DNA of 64,000 nt from Minutocellus sp. GHC0000111 (Eukaryota), in contig OZ361260.1 in assembly GCA_977018835.1 (NCBI GenBank), forward strand, positions 372,001-436,000, given 5' to 3'. The notes beneath the pieces were generated by a model that did not search any database, was not told the origin of the DNA, and worked only from the letters and a program-made list of their open reading frames with translations. Of the stretch, positions 9,622 to 21,445 are shown in pieces; positions within the stretch are counted from its first letter, which is position 1, and every line of letters begins with the position of its first letter. The position numbers and the translations under genes were made by a program.

Positions 9622-12183
9622 TCACAAAATCAAAGCACTAGCTATGATGGTCATGTCGTCACGGTATGTCCCGCCGGTGTCTTCATCCCACTTGTGCTTT
9701 GCCTTTTTGAATAAAGAGTCAAGAGAAGTCATCAGATGCGGACCCTTGGCATCGTAAAGCCCTCTTGCAATAGTGGACGCAACGTCGTCGAGGTCAAGAG
9801 CATCAGTAACACCATCGCAACAACACACAGCAAAGACTTCAAGCTCGCCTGTCGCAACAATATCGCTCAAATCTACTCCATCGACTGCATTGGGCTGAGG
9901 CGTGATACCAAGCTCATCGCTAAATTCCCAGTCACCGATGGAGCGGCTTGTGGCAATGCCCCCAAAGAAGTCTCCGTTCGCGTCAGTGCCGACTACTCGG
10001 GCCACTTCACCTGATAATTCATCCTCTGGCATCATGACTGAGCCTCCGGCTTCTTCGATGCGTTGCTTCTCATCTTCCAGCTCCGGCTTGTCCTCCCGGG
10101 TTGTATAAATGATCTCGGTGGCCCCAGTGCTTTTGTTGTACGTGGCAAAGAGTGAGGTTGAATCTCCACAATTGGCTACAAACGCATACTTGCCAAGCTG
10201 TATGACCAGGGTGGCTGTAGTACCTCCAGATGGAGGTGCGAGAGCAAGGCGACCTTTTGTATCGACGTCTTCGAAGGCATCGGCGATGGCTTCCATAGTT
10301 TCTCCCAGTACTTGTTCCTCCGAAAGCTCCAAACTTTTCCCTTGCACGTCATTTAGCTTGTCTGCAAGGATAATGGGTAGTTCGTCGCAGAGAAAATTCG
10401 ATACCGCCTCTCCAAATTGGTTGTGTCCATCTCCTAACAACAACAATCTCTTATTACCGTCAAAAATTGAGCTACCCGGTGAGCCATCAATCCAGAATGG
10501 GGACAAAATGACAGCGCGGTCTTGATTAATTTGTTTGCTCTGTTTTTGCCCCCCTTTATTGCCCGTCACTGTCAGGCCCCCTGCAAGCTCAGTCCCAGCA
10601 GATTCCAGAGCTCGCATTGCCGCTTGCACATCCTTGTCTTTGCCTGAACGCAACTTGGTAAGTGCCTCGACAGCTGCCCCGTCACTAATTTGGTCTTTTG
10701 GCAACAGCATTTTGGGCCAGACGATAGGGACAGCTGGATGGCGGAACACCCGGCGAGGTGGCACCTCTTCGATCCAATTGGAGTAGCTCCACCTATCCTC
10801 GTCATCTCCCTTGCTTTGCGAAGCTGATGCATCTTCCCGAATTTCAGCCTTGGCATCGACAAAGGTCACTGCATAAGCGATGCGCTCATCAATTGCCTCG
10901 TCGGCACAATGGAGCGTCCATCCAGCATGAACCGTACAATCACCGACCTTCATCGGCATATGGTGCGATGTCTCTGAGTACCTCTCTTCCAAGCGCTCAT
11001 ACTCGTGGCCATCAACGCCGTTCCAGTAAGGAAGTGCGAAATCTGAATGCGATCCGTCTACGAAAATCAGGCCGGTCCCTCCAACCGCTTGATCTGGTAC
11101 TGGCTGCATTCCGATCCAGAATGTTATCATTTTGGAGGTATCAAAGGGAGCCATACGAGCATCCGAATGCCAAGGAGTTGGTCCGCCCCCCGGGCGCTTG
11201 TGGAAAATGGAATCTTGGTATAGTCGAACAGAAGGCACGTCAAGGAGAGTCGCTGCTGCATGGGCAAGTCGCGCGGACGTGGCCACCGAACGAGCGGACG
11301 CCACAGATTTCCAGGCATTGAAATGTTGCAAAAATGGAAGAGAGTCCGCTGGTATGCCAACATTGGTAAGTGCCTTGATGCATTCCTCGACAGTGGTGCA
11401 CTTGAATGCCATCTCTGCCGATCCTGCAACTTCCACCTTTTGCTGATATGCCTGCAAGGTGCGAGAGGAGGAATACTCGACCAAATCTTTTCTGAGCTGC
11501 TGGATCAACTCGGGTGCCAAGAACGATCGCAGTGCTGCATGTCCATTTCGAGAGTAAAGTAATTGAGTCTGGAGCGAAATATCTTGCGTTCGTTCAAGGA
11601 TCGGGTGGCCGGACGAACGAGAAGGGCCGTCCTCGGCCACAGTCTTGTCGTCATCAGAATCGGCCCCTGAAAGCTTTGACGAGACAATATCAACAAGCTT
11701 CTGCGTTGTGACGGCTGTCATGATTGTATCCCAACCATTGTCTTCGGAAGTTTTCGGAGCGCCCTTCGGTTCAGGTTGCAATGCCTCGTTGCCTCCATTA
11801 ATATTATCCTCGCCATTTAATGTATCCTCCGATGCCACCTCGGTAGGTTGCTTCTTCTTTTTCCTCCTCTTCTTTCCGCCGCTGTTGTTATCAACCTTTT
11901 TTAGACCAAGTCTATCAATGAGATCCGACATTTCATTCTTCCCAACAGGAGTGACATATCCACCACGCTGCCGTGCTGAAGACGGCGCCGTCTGTGTTTT
12001 GCCAGCATCATCATTATCTATGTTGGTATTGTCCGTCGAAGAAGGAGAAGCGCCGAGGTGCCCATGGTATGCCCGACTTGGATAGGTGACTTTGTGGTCT
12101 ACGGTGAAGGCATCTGCACCCAGATGATTGACGACCAAGGCCAGAGTAGATGCAGCCACGCAAAAGGATAATAGAGATGCCAT
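9622..12183 (-). CDS. PhyH-family (phytanoyl-CoA dioxygenase-like) domain fused to PP2C/PPM phosphatase, predicted plastid-targeted
   Basis: PhyH: 'YQDSIFHK..GGGPTPWHSD', 'HAGWTLHCA'; PP2C: 'NQDR', 'DGH', 'VANCGDS', 'EKQRIEEAGG', 'SRSIGD', 'CDGV.D', 'DDMTI'; signal peptide ADA-FT. Confidence 0.8.
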   Translation of the reverse strand: MASLLSFCVAASTLALVVNHLGADAFTVDHKVTYPSRAYHGHLGASPSSTDNTNIDNDDAGKTQTAPSSARQRGGYVTPVGKNEMSDLIDRLGLKKVDNNSGGKKRRKKKKQPTEVASEDTLNGEDNINGGNEALQPEPKGAPKTSEDNGWDTIMTAVTTQKLVDIVSSKLSGADSDDDKTVAEDGPSRSSGHPILERTQDISLQTQLLYSRNGHAALRSFLAPELIQQLRKDLVEYSSSRTLQAYQQKVEVAGSAEMAFKCTTVEECIKALTNVGIPADSLPFLQHFNAWKSVASARSVATSARLAHAAATLLDVPSVRLYQDSIFHKRPGGGPTPWHSDARMAPFDTSKMITFWIGMQPVPDQAVGGTGLIFVDGSHSDFALPYWNGVDGHEYERLEERYSETSHHMPMKVGDCTVHAGWTLHCADEAIDERIAYAVTFVDAKAEIREDASASQSKGDDEDRWSYSNWIEEVPPRRVFRHPAVPIVWPKMLLPKDQISDGAAVEALTKLRSGKDKDVQAAMRALESAGTELAGGLTVTGNKGGQKQSKQINQDRAVILSPFWIDGSPGSSIFDGNKRLLLLGDGHNQFGEAVSNFLCDELPIILADKLNDVQGKSLELSEEQVLGETMEAIADAFEDVDTKGRLALAPPSGGTTATLVIQLGKYAFVANCGDSTSLFATYNKSTGATEIIYTTREDKPELEDEKQRIEEAGGSVMMPEDELSGEVARVVGTDANGDFFGGIATSRSIGDWEFSDELGITPQPNAVDGVDLSDIVATGELEVFAVCCCDGVTDALDLDDVASTIARGLYDAKGPHLMTSLDSLFKKAKHKWDEDTGGTYRDDMTIIASALIL

Positions 12184-12591
12184 GGCACCAGCTGCCTCCC
12201 GCTTCTGCTTCTCACTTTTAGTTCCGATACGTCGCAGCGTTGCCCACTAGCTATGACCAAGTGGAAGTCTACCCGTACCGCCCCTCGAGCAAATGCGTCA
12301 GTGGGTGATGAGGGATGAACGAATTTGCAAATTTGCTTTGCGCGTTTGCGCGGGTGAAAATCGACGTTCTGTCCTTCACCCGCCGTCTGCACGTCGCGCC
12401 TGGACGCGATGAAGAATGAATCAATAAAAAATTTGAACTTCGGCATGTGCCATATGAACGAGTTCCAGGGCTACTAGCTACGTAGCTAGAGCTATTTAGA
12501 AGATATACGTAGTGTGGTGGATGCAATGCATCCGAACCCACCAATCGAAGCTGGCGACGATGGCGGTGATCAGAATTTTGCAGCGGCAGTC

Positions 12592-13835
12592 ATGACGAGC
12601 ACGGCTCCCCTGGCGCCACCAGCACCGAGCAGCAGCCCGCACAGAGATGATTGGAGAACATCACCATCAGGCAATGAGTCCGCATCACCGCCGACGATGC
12701 ATACGCCTATGTTGACACACTACGTGAATTTGCCAGACCGTGAGTTGTATACTGCGCCAGTGTGGTGCTCGTAAACAAACTTCTTAACATCCTCGTAGGA
12801 CCGCACCGTCATTCTCACCACCATTTGTTTCATTTATTTTGCACTCGCACGCACCTCAGTCCACAAGCGAGAATTGGACGCACTCTTACTTGACTGCGGT
12901 GGTCGGCCACCGAGCAAGACGCGATCCTTTCCCCGTCGTGGTTGATTTATGTGTTGGTTCGACGAATTAGGCACATGGCCGTTCTTCCATGCTGCATCTT
13001 TGGAATGTGCGCTATCTTCTACGCGGTACTCTTAGCTACAGGAATGACGCTGGAGGAAGCGCGCGATGCTGGATGGGTTAGCGCGGCAGACGACCCACCT
13101 CCGTGGTACCTCACTTGGTCATATCTTCGATTCGACAAGGTCGTGTGGTCTGTTTTGCCACCTCAGATACCCACGCTCATTGGCATGACATTTGTAGTGG
13201 CGCTGAGTTCGTCACTGGACGTTGCTGCAATTGAGCTTGAACTGAAGCAACCACTTGATTACAACCACGAACTATCGACCGTGGGCCTCTCCAATTGTCT
13301 ATCTGGAGTCACCGGAGGCTACACGGGTTCGTATATTTTTTCTCAGTCCATTTTCTCTCTTCGGGCAGGTATTCGATCTCGTCTATCGGGTTACATCTTG
13401 GCCTGGAGCGAAGCCATCATTGTTGTTCTTCCTGTCAACATCTTGGCATACGTGCCACTTTTCTTCTTTGGTTCTTTGCTTGTAATGATTTGTGTTGACC
13501 TCATCGTTTAATGGTTGTGGGAAGTGAGGCTAAAGATGAGCAAGGCAGAGTACAGTGTAGCGATCTCTACTTTTCTTCTGATCATGATATTGGGTGTTGA
13601 GTGGGGGATTCTTGCCGGGATCTGCATTTATGTTGCTTTTGACAAATTATTTCATTTGGACATGGGTGGTGATGATAATGGCAACGCCAACGACCCGATC
13701 GATGCCAATGCTACAACTCACAAAGAGCACAATCTTGACGGGGGAAATATTTTGTCTTCGAAAGCGAGCACGGCCACAAGTCATCACACGGAAGACAATA
13801 TCAGCATGGCTGAGTTCAAGGTGGACAGGAAGTGA
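12592..13835 (+). pseudogene. SLC26/SulP anion (bicarbonate/sulfate) transporter, internally deleted, with a nonsense codon
   Basis: C-terminal SulP motifs 'SSSLDVAAIE', 'DYNHEL.TVGLSN.LSG.TGGYTGSY'; exon 1 12592-12739, intron to 12859, then an abrupt frame-breaking jump at ~12940 with the N-terminal TM half missing; TAA at 13509-13511 in 'DLIV*WLWEV'. Confidence 0.75.
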
Positions 13836-13884
13836 GACATAGAATTTAGATTTACTAGAATTACACGCAGAAAGGATTGAAATC

Positions 13885-14622
13885 TCAGCGCAAGCAGCAA
13901 ATGCTACAAGCAAATGCCATACCTCCGAGGGAGATGAATAAAAAGTTGCACATCACAGCGCTGTTGATGTGACCTGCCAATCCATAACCGCACCCATAGG
14001 CCGAGGCACTACGACCAATACCAACAGTTGACCAGCACATGTAGAACAAACCAATCAAAATATAAACAGCCACTATAGGATCTTCGCAGAGAATATCCTT
14101 AGTCCGTGCAAAGCTCTTGGCCTTCGTGTCATTGTGGGTGTCAGTAGTATTGAGAATGGTTCGGCCTAGACTCTTCTTGGTTGGCGCCACCACCGTGGCT
14201 TCCTGGATAGGTTCGGCTGTCTTCGTCTGTGCCTCCTTATTGAAGACACTCGCCTCAATGTATGGTGTGGCATCGACAGTTTCTGTGACGACTGGGTCAG
14301 CCTCATGCATAATCTTGGACGTGATATATAGAGCTGCCGCCATATTGATGATGCAGAGAATTGCATTGACATTCAGCCACGATGCTGCGCTTGCGCAACC
14401 TCCATCGTGATTACTGCCGAGGCTTTTGGCAGCGAACACCACAGAGGGAAGGTTGAGGCCCAGAGCGACTGCGAGATAGAGTGCAAATGGCGATTTACGA
14501 AAGCTCCTCAATTCCGTGCAGGCGAACCCGCAAGCTTTGCATGGCAGGCAAATCACAGATCCAAGAGCATCGCAGAAGCCATCACAGATGTCTCCAAGAG
14601 CACGACAGATTACGGCAGCCAT
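13885..14622 (-). CDS. Hypothetical Cys-rich 4-TM membrane protein
   Basis: 245-aa ORF with four hydrophobic segments and Cys-rich termini. Confidence 0.7.
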   Translation of the reverse strand: MAAVICRALGDICDGFCDALGSVICLPCKACGFACTELRSFRKSPFALYLAVALGLNLPSVVFAAKSLGSNHDGGCASAASWLNVNAILCIINMAAALYITSKIMHEADPVVTETVDATPYIEASVFNKEAQTKTAEPIQEATVVAPTKKSLGRTILNTTDTHNDTKAKSFARTKDILCEDPIVAVYILIGLFYMCWSTVGIGRSASAYGCGYGLAGHINSAVMCNFLFISLGGMAFACSICCLR

Positions 14623-14981
14623 TGTGGATCAGAAGGAATAAAGTTAGGACGCCACAGCTTTGTGCAAGTGATATTAGCGCGATCTGCCGATTTGGGTCTT
14701 GGCGTGTAGCCGAAGCGAAGTGATTTTTTGGCGAGATGCCCCAAAAATTCCTAATGTGTCGAGTCGAATGAGTCACCATCGGGCCTCTTTTGGTGACTTC
14801 TTGCTGCTCTTGCCGCAAGGTTTTCGATTCGATTCAACCTTCTACCGGTACAGCAGATCTACCAGTTGCTAATTTGCGTTGCTTTTGCAGCAAGCAGTAG
14901 TACGCATAAGATGTAGCTATTGAAAAAGATTTATACAAATAAACATTGGAGGCATTCTGTCCCTCGTGAGTTGTTCTTCGA

Positions 14982-17579
14982 TCACCAGTGAGGAACCATT
15001 GACCAGAAGCTGCGACCGAGGAATTCATTCCGACTATCACTCATTTTGGTTACCTCGATGGTGCCCTTGACTATCATAGCCGGTCGTCCCCAGCTGACCA
15101 TGCGGTCATTGATGCAAAACAAACCATCAGAGGGACCGAGAGAGCACAATGTCATTACCTGAAGACTTCCCAATTCGCGGAGAACTCCTGGACAGCTAGC
15201 CATGCATTGGATCGTTTTGCTTTTGTAGAGATTAGCGACCACGACTTCAGCCATCGCCTCAGCAGGATAAGTATCCTTGATGTATGGAGGATCGGCACCC
15301 TTGACTGATACACAATCTACATGTATGGAGGATAAAGAGAAGGAGAAGGAGACGTACACAACATTCAAGAAAAGGATAATGGAAATAGATGTGAGACGAA
15401 CTTTGATATATGCTACACTCTCACAATCCTTCCATTTCCAAATGATCCAGCTAGATATTCACCTCCGATGGCAAAAATGCGCCCGCTTCCAAATATGGCG
15501 GCTCGGTCAGCACCCATTAGATCAACGGCATCTTTGTCGAGCGCCTTTTCATCAAGTAAAACCTGCATGGCATTGTTCACCAAAATCTGGCCTCTTGAAT
15601 CGAGAACATCCTTGGGAATAAAGGGAGTATTGACTCTGACGCCAACGCATTTGTAGATCACGTCGGAGGTGTCTTCGGCATCCTTGACGCTCTCATCATT
15701 GAAGTCACTACCGAGTATAAGCTCAACATTGTTTCGTTCCATCCACTCAGTTGCATACTTTTGTGCACTTCCGGGCAAGGCTGGGAGGACCGTAGGCTGA
15801 GGATCGAACAGGCTAATTCGTTCAATATCAGGAAAGTAGTGACGGATTTCACTCGCCAATTCAATACCAACGAGACCAGCTCCAAAGATGGAAACTCGCG
15901 CCGAGCGGTGTTGATTGAGGCTCTCCAGCTTGGAGTGCTCGGAAGACAGCTGCGCAATTCGTCTATCCTTGGAATAGAGGTTGTTCGAGTCTGCTTCTTC
16001 TTCCTTAGAAGCCACAGGGACCTTCCACAACGTTGATGTAGTGTAAGCACTGCCAGCCGCAACGACGCAGAAGTCAAAATTAATTTCAACAGTCTCGCAA
16101 TACTCCAAAGGTGTATCCAAAATGGCATTGGGCGGTACGACCATGTTTGTGTCGGCATCTTGATTCTCGGCTGCCGCTTTGCTGAGACGAAGAATACCAT
16201 TGGAGCTTTCACAACCAACGCCACTGCCGCTACCGCCAAGGCGACGAACGACAGCCTTTGTGCCGGACAGAGTTGTGACGGCACCTTGAACATATCCGAC
16301 GCCGAGATCATCGCACAACACAGGCTCAAGATCAAATACCAGATCCTTCATTGCCTCGGGATGACACATCCCTCGAAGAATACCGGGAGTGAACTCGAAG
16401 AAATTCTTGGGCTCTACTACCACCACCTCAAAATCCTTCGATGGCGCCATCTTCTTGGCAATGAACAACCCAGCAGGTCCACAACCAACAATCAACAATC
16501 GCCGTCTCACCCGAGGGGGGATGGTCGAATCCGGCTTGGGTCCCTTCACCGCCGTGCTGTGCAAAAAGCGCGCCCTCATTTCAGGATTTGGCCTCTGGCA
16601 GGCATCAGAGTGACCAAGCGCATTATAACGATTGGCCGCAACGGTGTTGTAAACGGTTTCGCGGATGAACTCGGGAGTCCAATCGAAGTGAGACAGGTAA
16701 CACCACGGACTTCTGAGGTTGCGAAGTGCCCGAAGCCAGGCAGCAGATCCACGATAAACTATACCGTCCTCCAGATAGGCCCAAGATCGGAGGATGTCAT
16801 GGCGAGAGATTCCGAGCTCAGAAAGGAGGCTCTGCGTATCAGCGTGTTGAGCCCACACTGCGAGGCGTAGTCAATGACGCAGCGTTCAGCAGAATTACAG
16901 ATAGATGTGAGAATGGAATAACGATAGCGGCTCCAATGCCAGTGCAATGCAAACATTTGGGACTGGCCACATAGCTCTATTGGAATGAAAACTCACTGTA
17001 CCAGACGGGGCTGTCCTCCTTACGAACGCGTTCCTGGAACCAGCCCATCGACCCGTTGCAAAGGTTGCATATGCCGTCAAAGATGAGAGTCGGACCCTGC
17101 AACGCCAAGGCCATTCGCGTTTTGTGAGGCAGACGCTTGGCGTCAACTTTTTTGCCGTTGCTGATGTTGTGATGGGAAGGAAAGGTAAGTCGGACGGTTG
17201 TATGTGAGATGATAAGTTGCATTGATTGCGCATCGACGAACCAGCAGGATTTATTGTGCTGATTCTTATGTTCTCATGTCACGGTATCTGTTTATTCCGT
17301 TGGACTGACTACGACTAACAAACACATCTTGTGCCATATGGGAGGCGTGTGCATGCCCCATAGCATGGCATGAGCACACACACACTCTCTCTTTCCTTAC
17401 CTATCAATGAGGCTCTTGGGGTCGAACGGCACGCCCTCGGCGGTGGTCGGTCCCTGTGATGGTTGCTGTTCTCCGCCATCACCGTCAACGGTGGCAGACG
17501 TGCCCGACGAGGAGGCAGAAAGCAGACCAACGGTGTCCTTGCCGTCGGCGTCGCCTCCAGCGATGGCAGTGGAGGACAT
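14982..17579 (-). CDS. DCC1-like (DUF393) thiol-disulfide oxidoreductase fused to an FAD/NAD(P)H oxidoreductase of the AIFM2/FSP1 family; 4 exons (17579-17401, 17160-16997, 16857-15463, 15316-14982)
   Basis: DxxCxxC 'LIFDGICNLCN', 'YRGSAAWLR..L..PW', 'YNTVAANRY..G....C..P....RF'; FAD motif 'IVGCGPAG', 'EPKNFFEFTPG.LR', 'FGAGLVGIELASEI', 'IFAIG|D'; GT-AG junctions keep the frame. Confidence 0.85.
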
Positions 17580-18090
17580 TGTTGTGGAGAGCACTGTTGC
17601 TGTTGCTGCAACTATTTACTGGTCAGGGGAAATCAATAGAGAGTTCTCACTGATGAGTGATATTATTCGTCCTCTCTGCGTTGTTTGACCTGCCTTGTTA
17701 CGAAGCACGTTTGGCATGGCACAGCCCCATCTCGTCTTGTTTCGCCGGTCGGATGAAGCGTTTTTCGGCAGAAGACAAACACGCGCGATGCAGGCTTGCT
17801 GGCCGAAAATTTCGTGCACCCAAACGACCGAGAGTGGCGGTGATGACCCTAAGCTCGGAGTGACGAATCTATCTAGGAATTCCTAAGCTGCACCTCTCAA
17901 GCCTCATATTTCAGGGAGACTCTAGTGGAAGGATTGTATCTAATTTGGATTCACTCCTTTGCTTTCTTCTCTGCCATTGGTTCTGTTCGTGTAGCTTCCC
18001 ATCCCAGGAGCCATTCTATTTTATTCGCGATCGGCATTTTTTGCCCTCATTCAACCGTCAGGCAGGGTGCGCATTGCTTCACCAACCAAG

Positions 18091-20781
18091 ATGCCGCAAA
18101 CTAATACACCACGTACTGCCATGCGGCGTCCCCGTGCCATCACCATTGCCGCTGCCGCCGGACTTTGCTGCCTGTTCCTCGATTCCTCGGTAGTTGGCGT
18201 ATCTGCCGCTGCATCGTCGGTATCTCCAGAGGTGAGTAGTCGGTACAGCAACGGCAGCAATTGTGGTAATGCATATATTTCGACATGCGCACATCTACTA
18301 ACACGTCTTGGATCATTTCTCTGTTTCGTCATCGCGCTGGGCATACAGCGCCATCACCGCCATCTTGGCAACAAGGAGCACGATAAGAAGCATGCCTCGT
18401 CTGCGGCAAAGATTGTGGACAAAGCCGCCGATGACGCGTTGAGCGGTGGGGGCAAGCACGGCGATAAGGACAAGGACAAGAAGAAGAAGGACCACCATCA
18501 TCGCGACGAGAAGAATGACAAGATGCAGTCTCCCGTCGATCAGATGAGTCACAACGCCCACGTGAAAGAGCACGAGTGGCAGCCTCTGGCCGACAAGCTC
18601 TTCACGTGCCGGATGGCCCCGGCCGTTTGCAGTCCGGACATCCTCAAGCGGTTGCAGCTCGCCCTCTTGGCGGCCGCCAAGATGCACGAGGATATCTGGT
18701 TCATCGGTGGATGGGCCCTTAGTATGCTTGGTTTCGTCATCTTCGGCCTCAGCGTCTGGATAAGCAAGGTCGTGGACGGAGATGACAATGTCCTGAATGG
18801 TGCCAGTGGCGGTGATGCTGCTGGGAAGGAGGGAGGCGCCGCTGCGAATCAAGATTATCAGCCGGTCAATGCCCAGAGCATGGAGGATGACGACGATGTC
18901 ATGGGTGGGGGTGGTGATATTGAGAGCCCGACGAAGCAGGGCAATGGGTACAGTCGTAACCATGCTCTTGTGCCCCAGTCTGGAATGAAACGGTTCACTG
19001 CCAAATTTGCCTTGTTTTGGAATCGTCGCATCGCAAGGAAAGAGGGTGATGGAGCTGGCGGCCTGCGCCGTGCGAAGCGGTCCAAATCTTCCGTTGCCAT
19101 TAGCGGTGCGAGTGCCACTTCCAGTGAGCACTTTGACGAGAATGAAATGGCGTTCCTTCCTGAAATGACGTCGCCTCCACCGAAGGATGGACAGGCTAGA
19201 CACCGCTCTGTTGATACCAGCGGATATGACGATGAAGATGACGAGGATGATCCCTCTCCGTCCAAGCTCAAGCGGACCCCTTACCATTTGGAGGTCGGTC
19301 CCAACGCCACATCCATAAAGGCCATCTTTCAGCGCATTCCCGACAATGTCATGACGTACTGGACCAATACCAGTCTCATCTTTGTCCGACCTCTTCTCAC
19401 CTTCAAGTGCTTCATGGCCTTCCTCCTCTTCATTGAGCTTAATGAAATTATGGCCCCTGAACAAAGTATGTTGGCAACCCCCGAGGTTGTGTCGCTTATC
19501 CGCGCATATCCCAAGAAGCATGAGTATGTTAATCCTTACGTCGAGTGGATCATGCCTGGCCTCCTTAGTGAGGACGTCGACGGCGGAGCCAGCGTCGACG
19601 GCTGGGTTTGGAGGTTGGAAATCCTCAGGTTCGTCCTGCTCATCAGTTGGTTTACCTTCCTCCTCCTCCCTAAGAAATTTCCCATGACAAACGGATTGTT
19701 TTACGCCATCGGTGCTATTATCTACGGTGAGTTTGATTCTTGAATTGTACTTGGGTGGCTCAACTTTGTTCTTTACTTACTTATGCTCAGTGACCTCACG
19801 TCCATCTGTTTCACTGCCCCTTCTTCGTCACTACTAGTCTACCTTGGAGTCATCGGTCTCATGTATGATCTTGCTCACTCGACGCAGGGTGGTATGCTCT
19901 TTATCCTCTCAGCGATTCCAGCGATCCCGTACCTTGAAACTTGCCGGCGTGCAAATCACTGGCTGCGCAAGTTCCTTTATGTTGGGGTGTTCGTTCCGAT
20001 TTATCTTTTCTCTGGTATTTCCAAGTTCAGATATCTCGGCATCATTCCCAACCTAACGGGATCGTGGCTGTGGGGTGATTTTGGCAAGGGAAAACTGCAC
20101 CGTGCTGTGTGGAAGCGCTTATTTAGTTTCATCGGCGATCATCACTGGGTGATGTTCATATTTTCGTGGGGTAACATTCTTCTCGAAATTGTCTTGCCCA
20201 TGTGTCTGATGCTCTTCAATGAGATCCGACTTGTACAGTGGGCATTCCATTTCGTCGCCATCATGTTCCATGTGACAATTTTCTTGTTGCTTGGCCCTAA
20301 CTTCACAAGATACTGCCTGATGCATCTGTATGCTGTGGATATTCCGGCGTACATCTCCTGCTTCTCTATCAGCGACCGTCCCGTTACGGTTCCCCGTCCA
20401 AATAAGAAGGATTGGGGACGTATCGTGTACTCCATCATTATCATGCTCGCTTGGTGGTATGTGCAGGTTAATAGCGATGTGATGCATCTGACAGGACAAC
20501 AAATTTGGAAAAAGAGGATCAATTCATGTGAGTACTATCGTTTTCTTGTTGCTTAGGAATTCCTAGATTTTTGAAGTGTTGTCCGATGAGAAAATATTTT
20601 TGTCTTTGCAGCATTTCACATCTGACTTTCAAATCTTCTCTTCCCAATGCACCTCTTCATAGACTGGCCGATCCCAGAACTTTCGATGTTTGCCAAGCCA
20701 AAAGACAGTGCCAACATTTTCATTGCCTTCATCTTCTCAGTTTTGAGCTTCTTCACGTTGGCGATTGACATGATTCGGTAG
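18091..20781 (+). CDS. HTTM-domain (vitamin K-dependent carboxylase/SdpB-like) polytopic membrane protein with signal peptide and His/Lys-rich N-terminus; 4 exons (18091-18231, 18349-19726, 19838-20527, 20663-20781)
   Basis: 'IYLFSGISK......W..G', 'LLEIVLP', 'IMFHVTIFLLLGPNF', C-terminal 'YWPIPELSMFA'; consensus splice sites. Confidence 0.6.
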
Positions 20782-21013
20782 ACTGTGTTACCTGTGGAGC
20801 TAGAGATCCTAGATCTACTGTTTGTGTTATATATATAGGAATTCCTAGACATTCATTTTGACCTCAAAAAGCCATACCGGCGCGCTATTGACTTGGAGTC
20901 TACCGCTGCATGTAGATTCACTGTCGTCTTCTTTCGGATCGTCGCTCGCTCGGCGGCTCTCGGCGGTCTCTATCTCAAGCTGATGGGGGTTCCACGTGGC
21001 ATTAGATTAGGTT

Positions 21014-21445
21014 ATGAGTCGAATGAGTACCTCATATTACAAAGTACAAAGGGAACTCAATGGCCTTCGCCGCTTCCCGGCGACTTCCCGGCGACTTTCC
21101 AGCATCGCATCAAGGACATCAGCTCCCGGTCGAACAGCAGGGTGCGTTGCCCGAACACAGGCTGCTATTGGTAGCAGCCAAACAACAGCGACGACAACAA
21201 GAACAGCCCGCATAACAACCTCTCAACGAACAGCCTCCACATCCACCAGCGCAAGTGTAAATAGCAACTTCTCCTTTCGAACAGCTGCCGGTCGCGCCAA
21301 TTTGCGGCAAGTTCGAAGTGCAATTGGGAGTGAGACAAGCAGCTTGCGCTATGTTGGCTACATGCTTGATGGTGGAGCTGAGCCCAATCTTCTGAGGGGG
21401 TGGGATGATGGTATTGTTGATGCCGAAGGAGATGACGGAACGTAA
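21014..21445 (+). CDS. Small Arg/Ser/Thr-rich protein resembling a mitochondrial presequence, ending EGDDGT
   Basis: 143-aa ATG ORF; the stop overlaps a GTAAGT donor-like site. Confidence 0.4.
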   Translation: MSRMSTSYYKVQRELNGLRRFPATSRRLSSIASRTSAPGRTAGCVARTQAAIGSSQTTATTTRTARITTSQRTASTSTSASVNSNFSFRTAAGRANLRQVRSAIGSETSSLRYVGYMLDGGAEPNLLRGWDDGIVDAEGDDGT

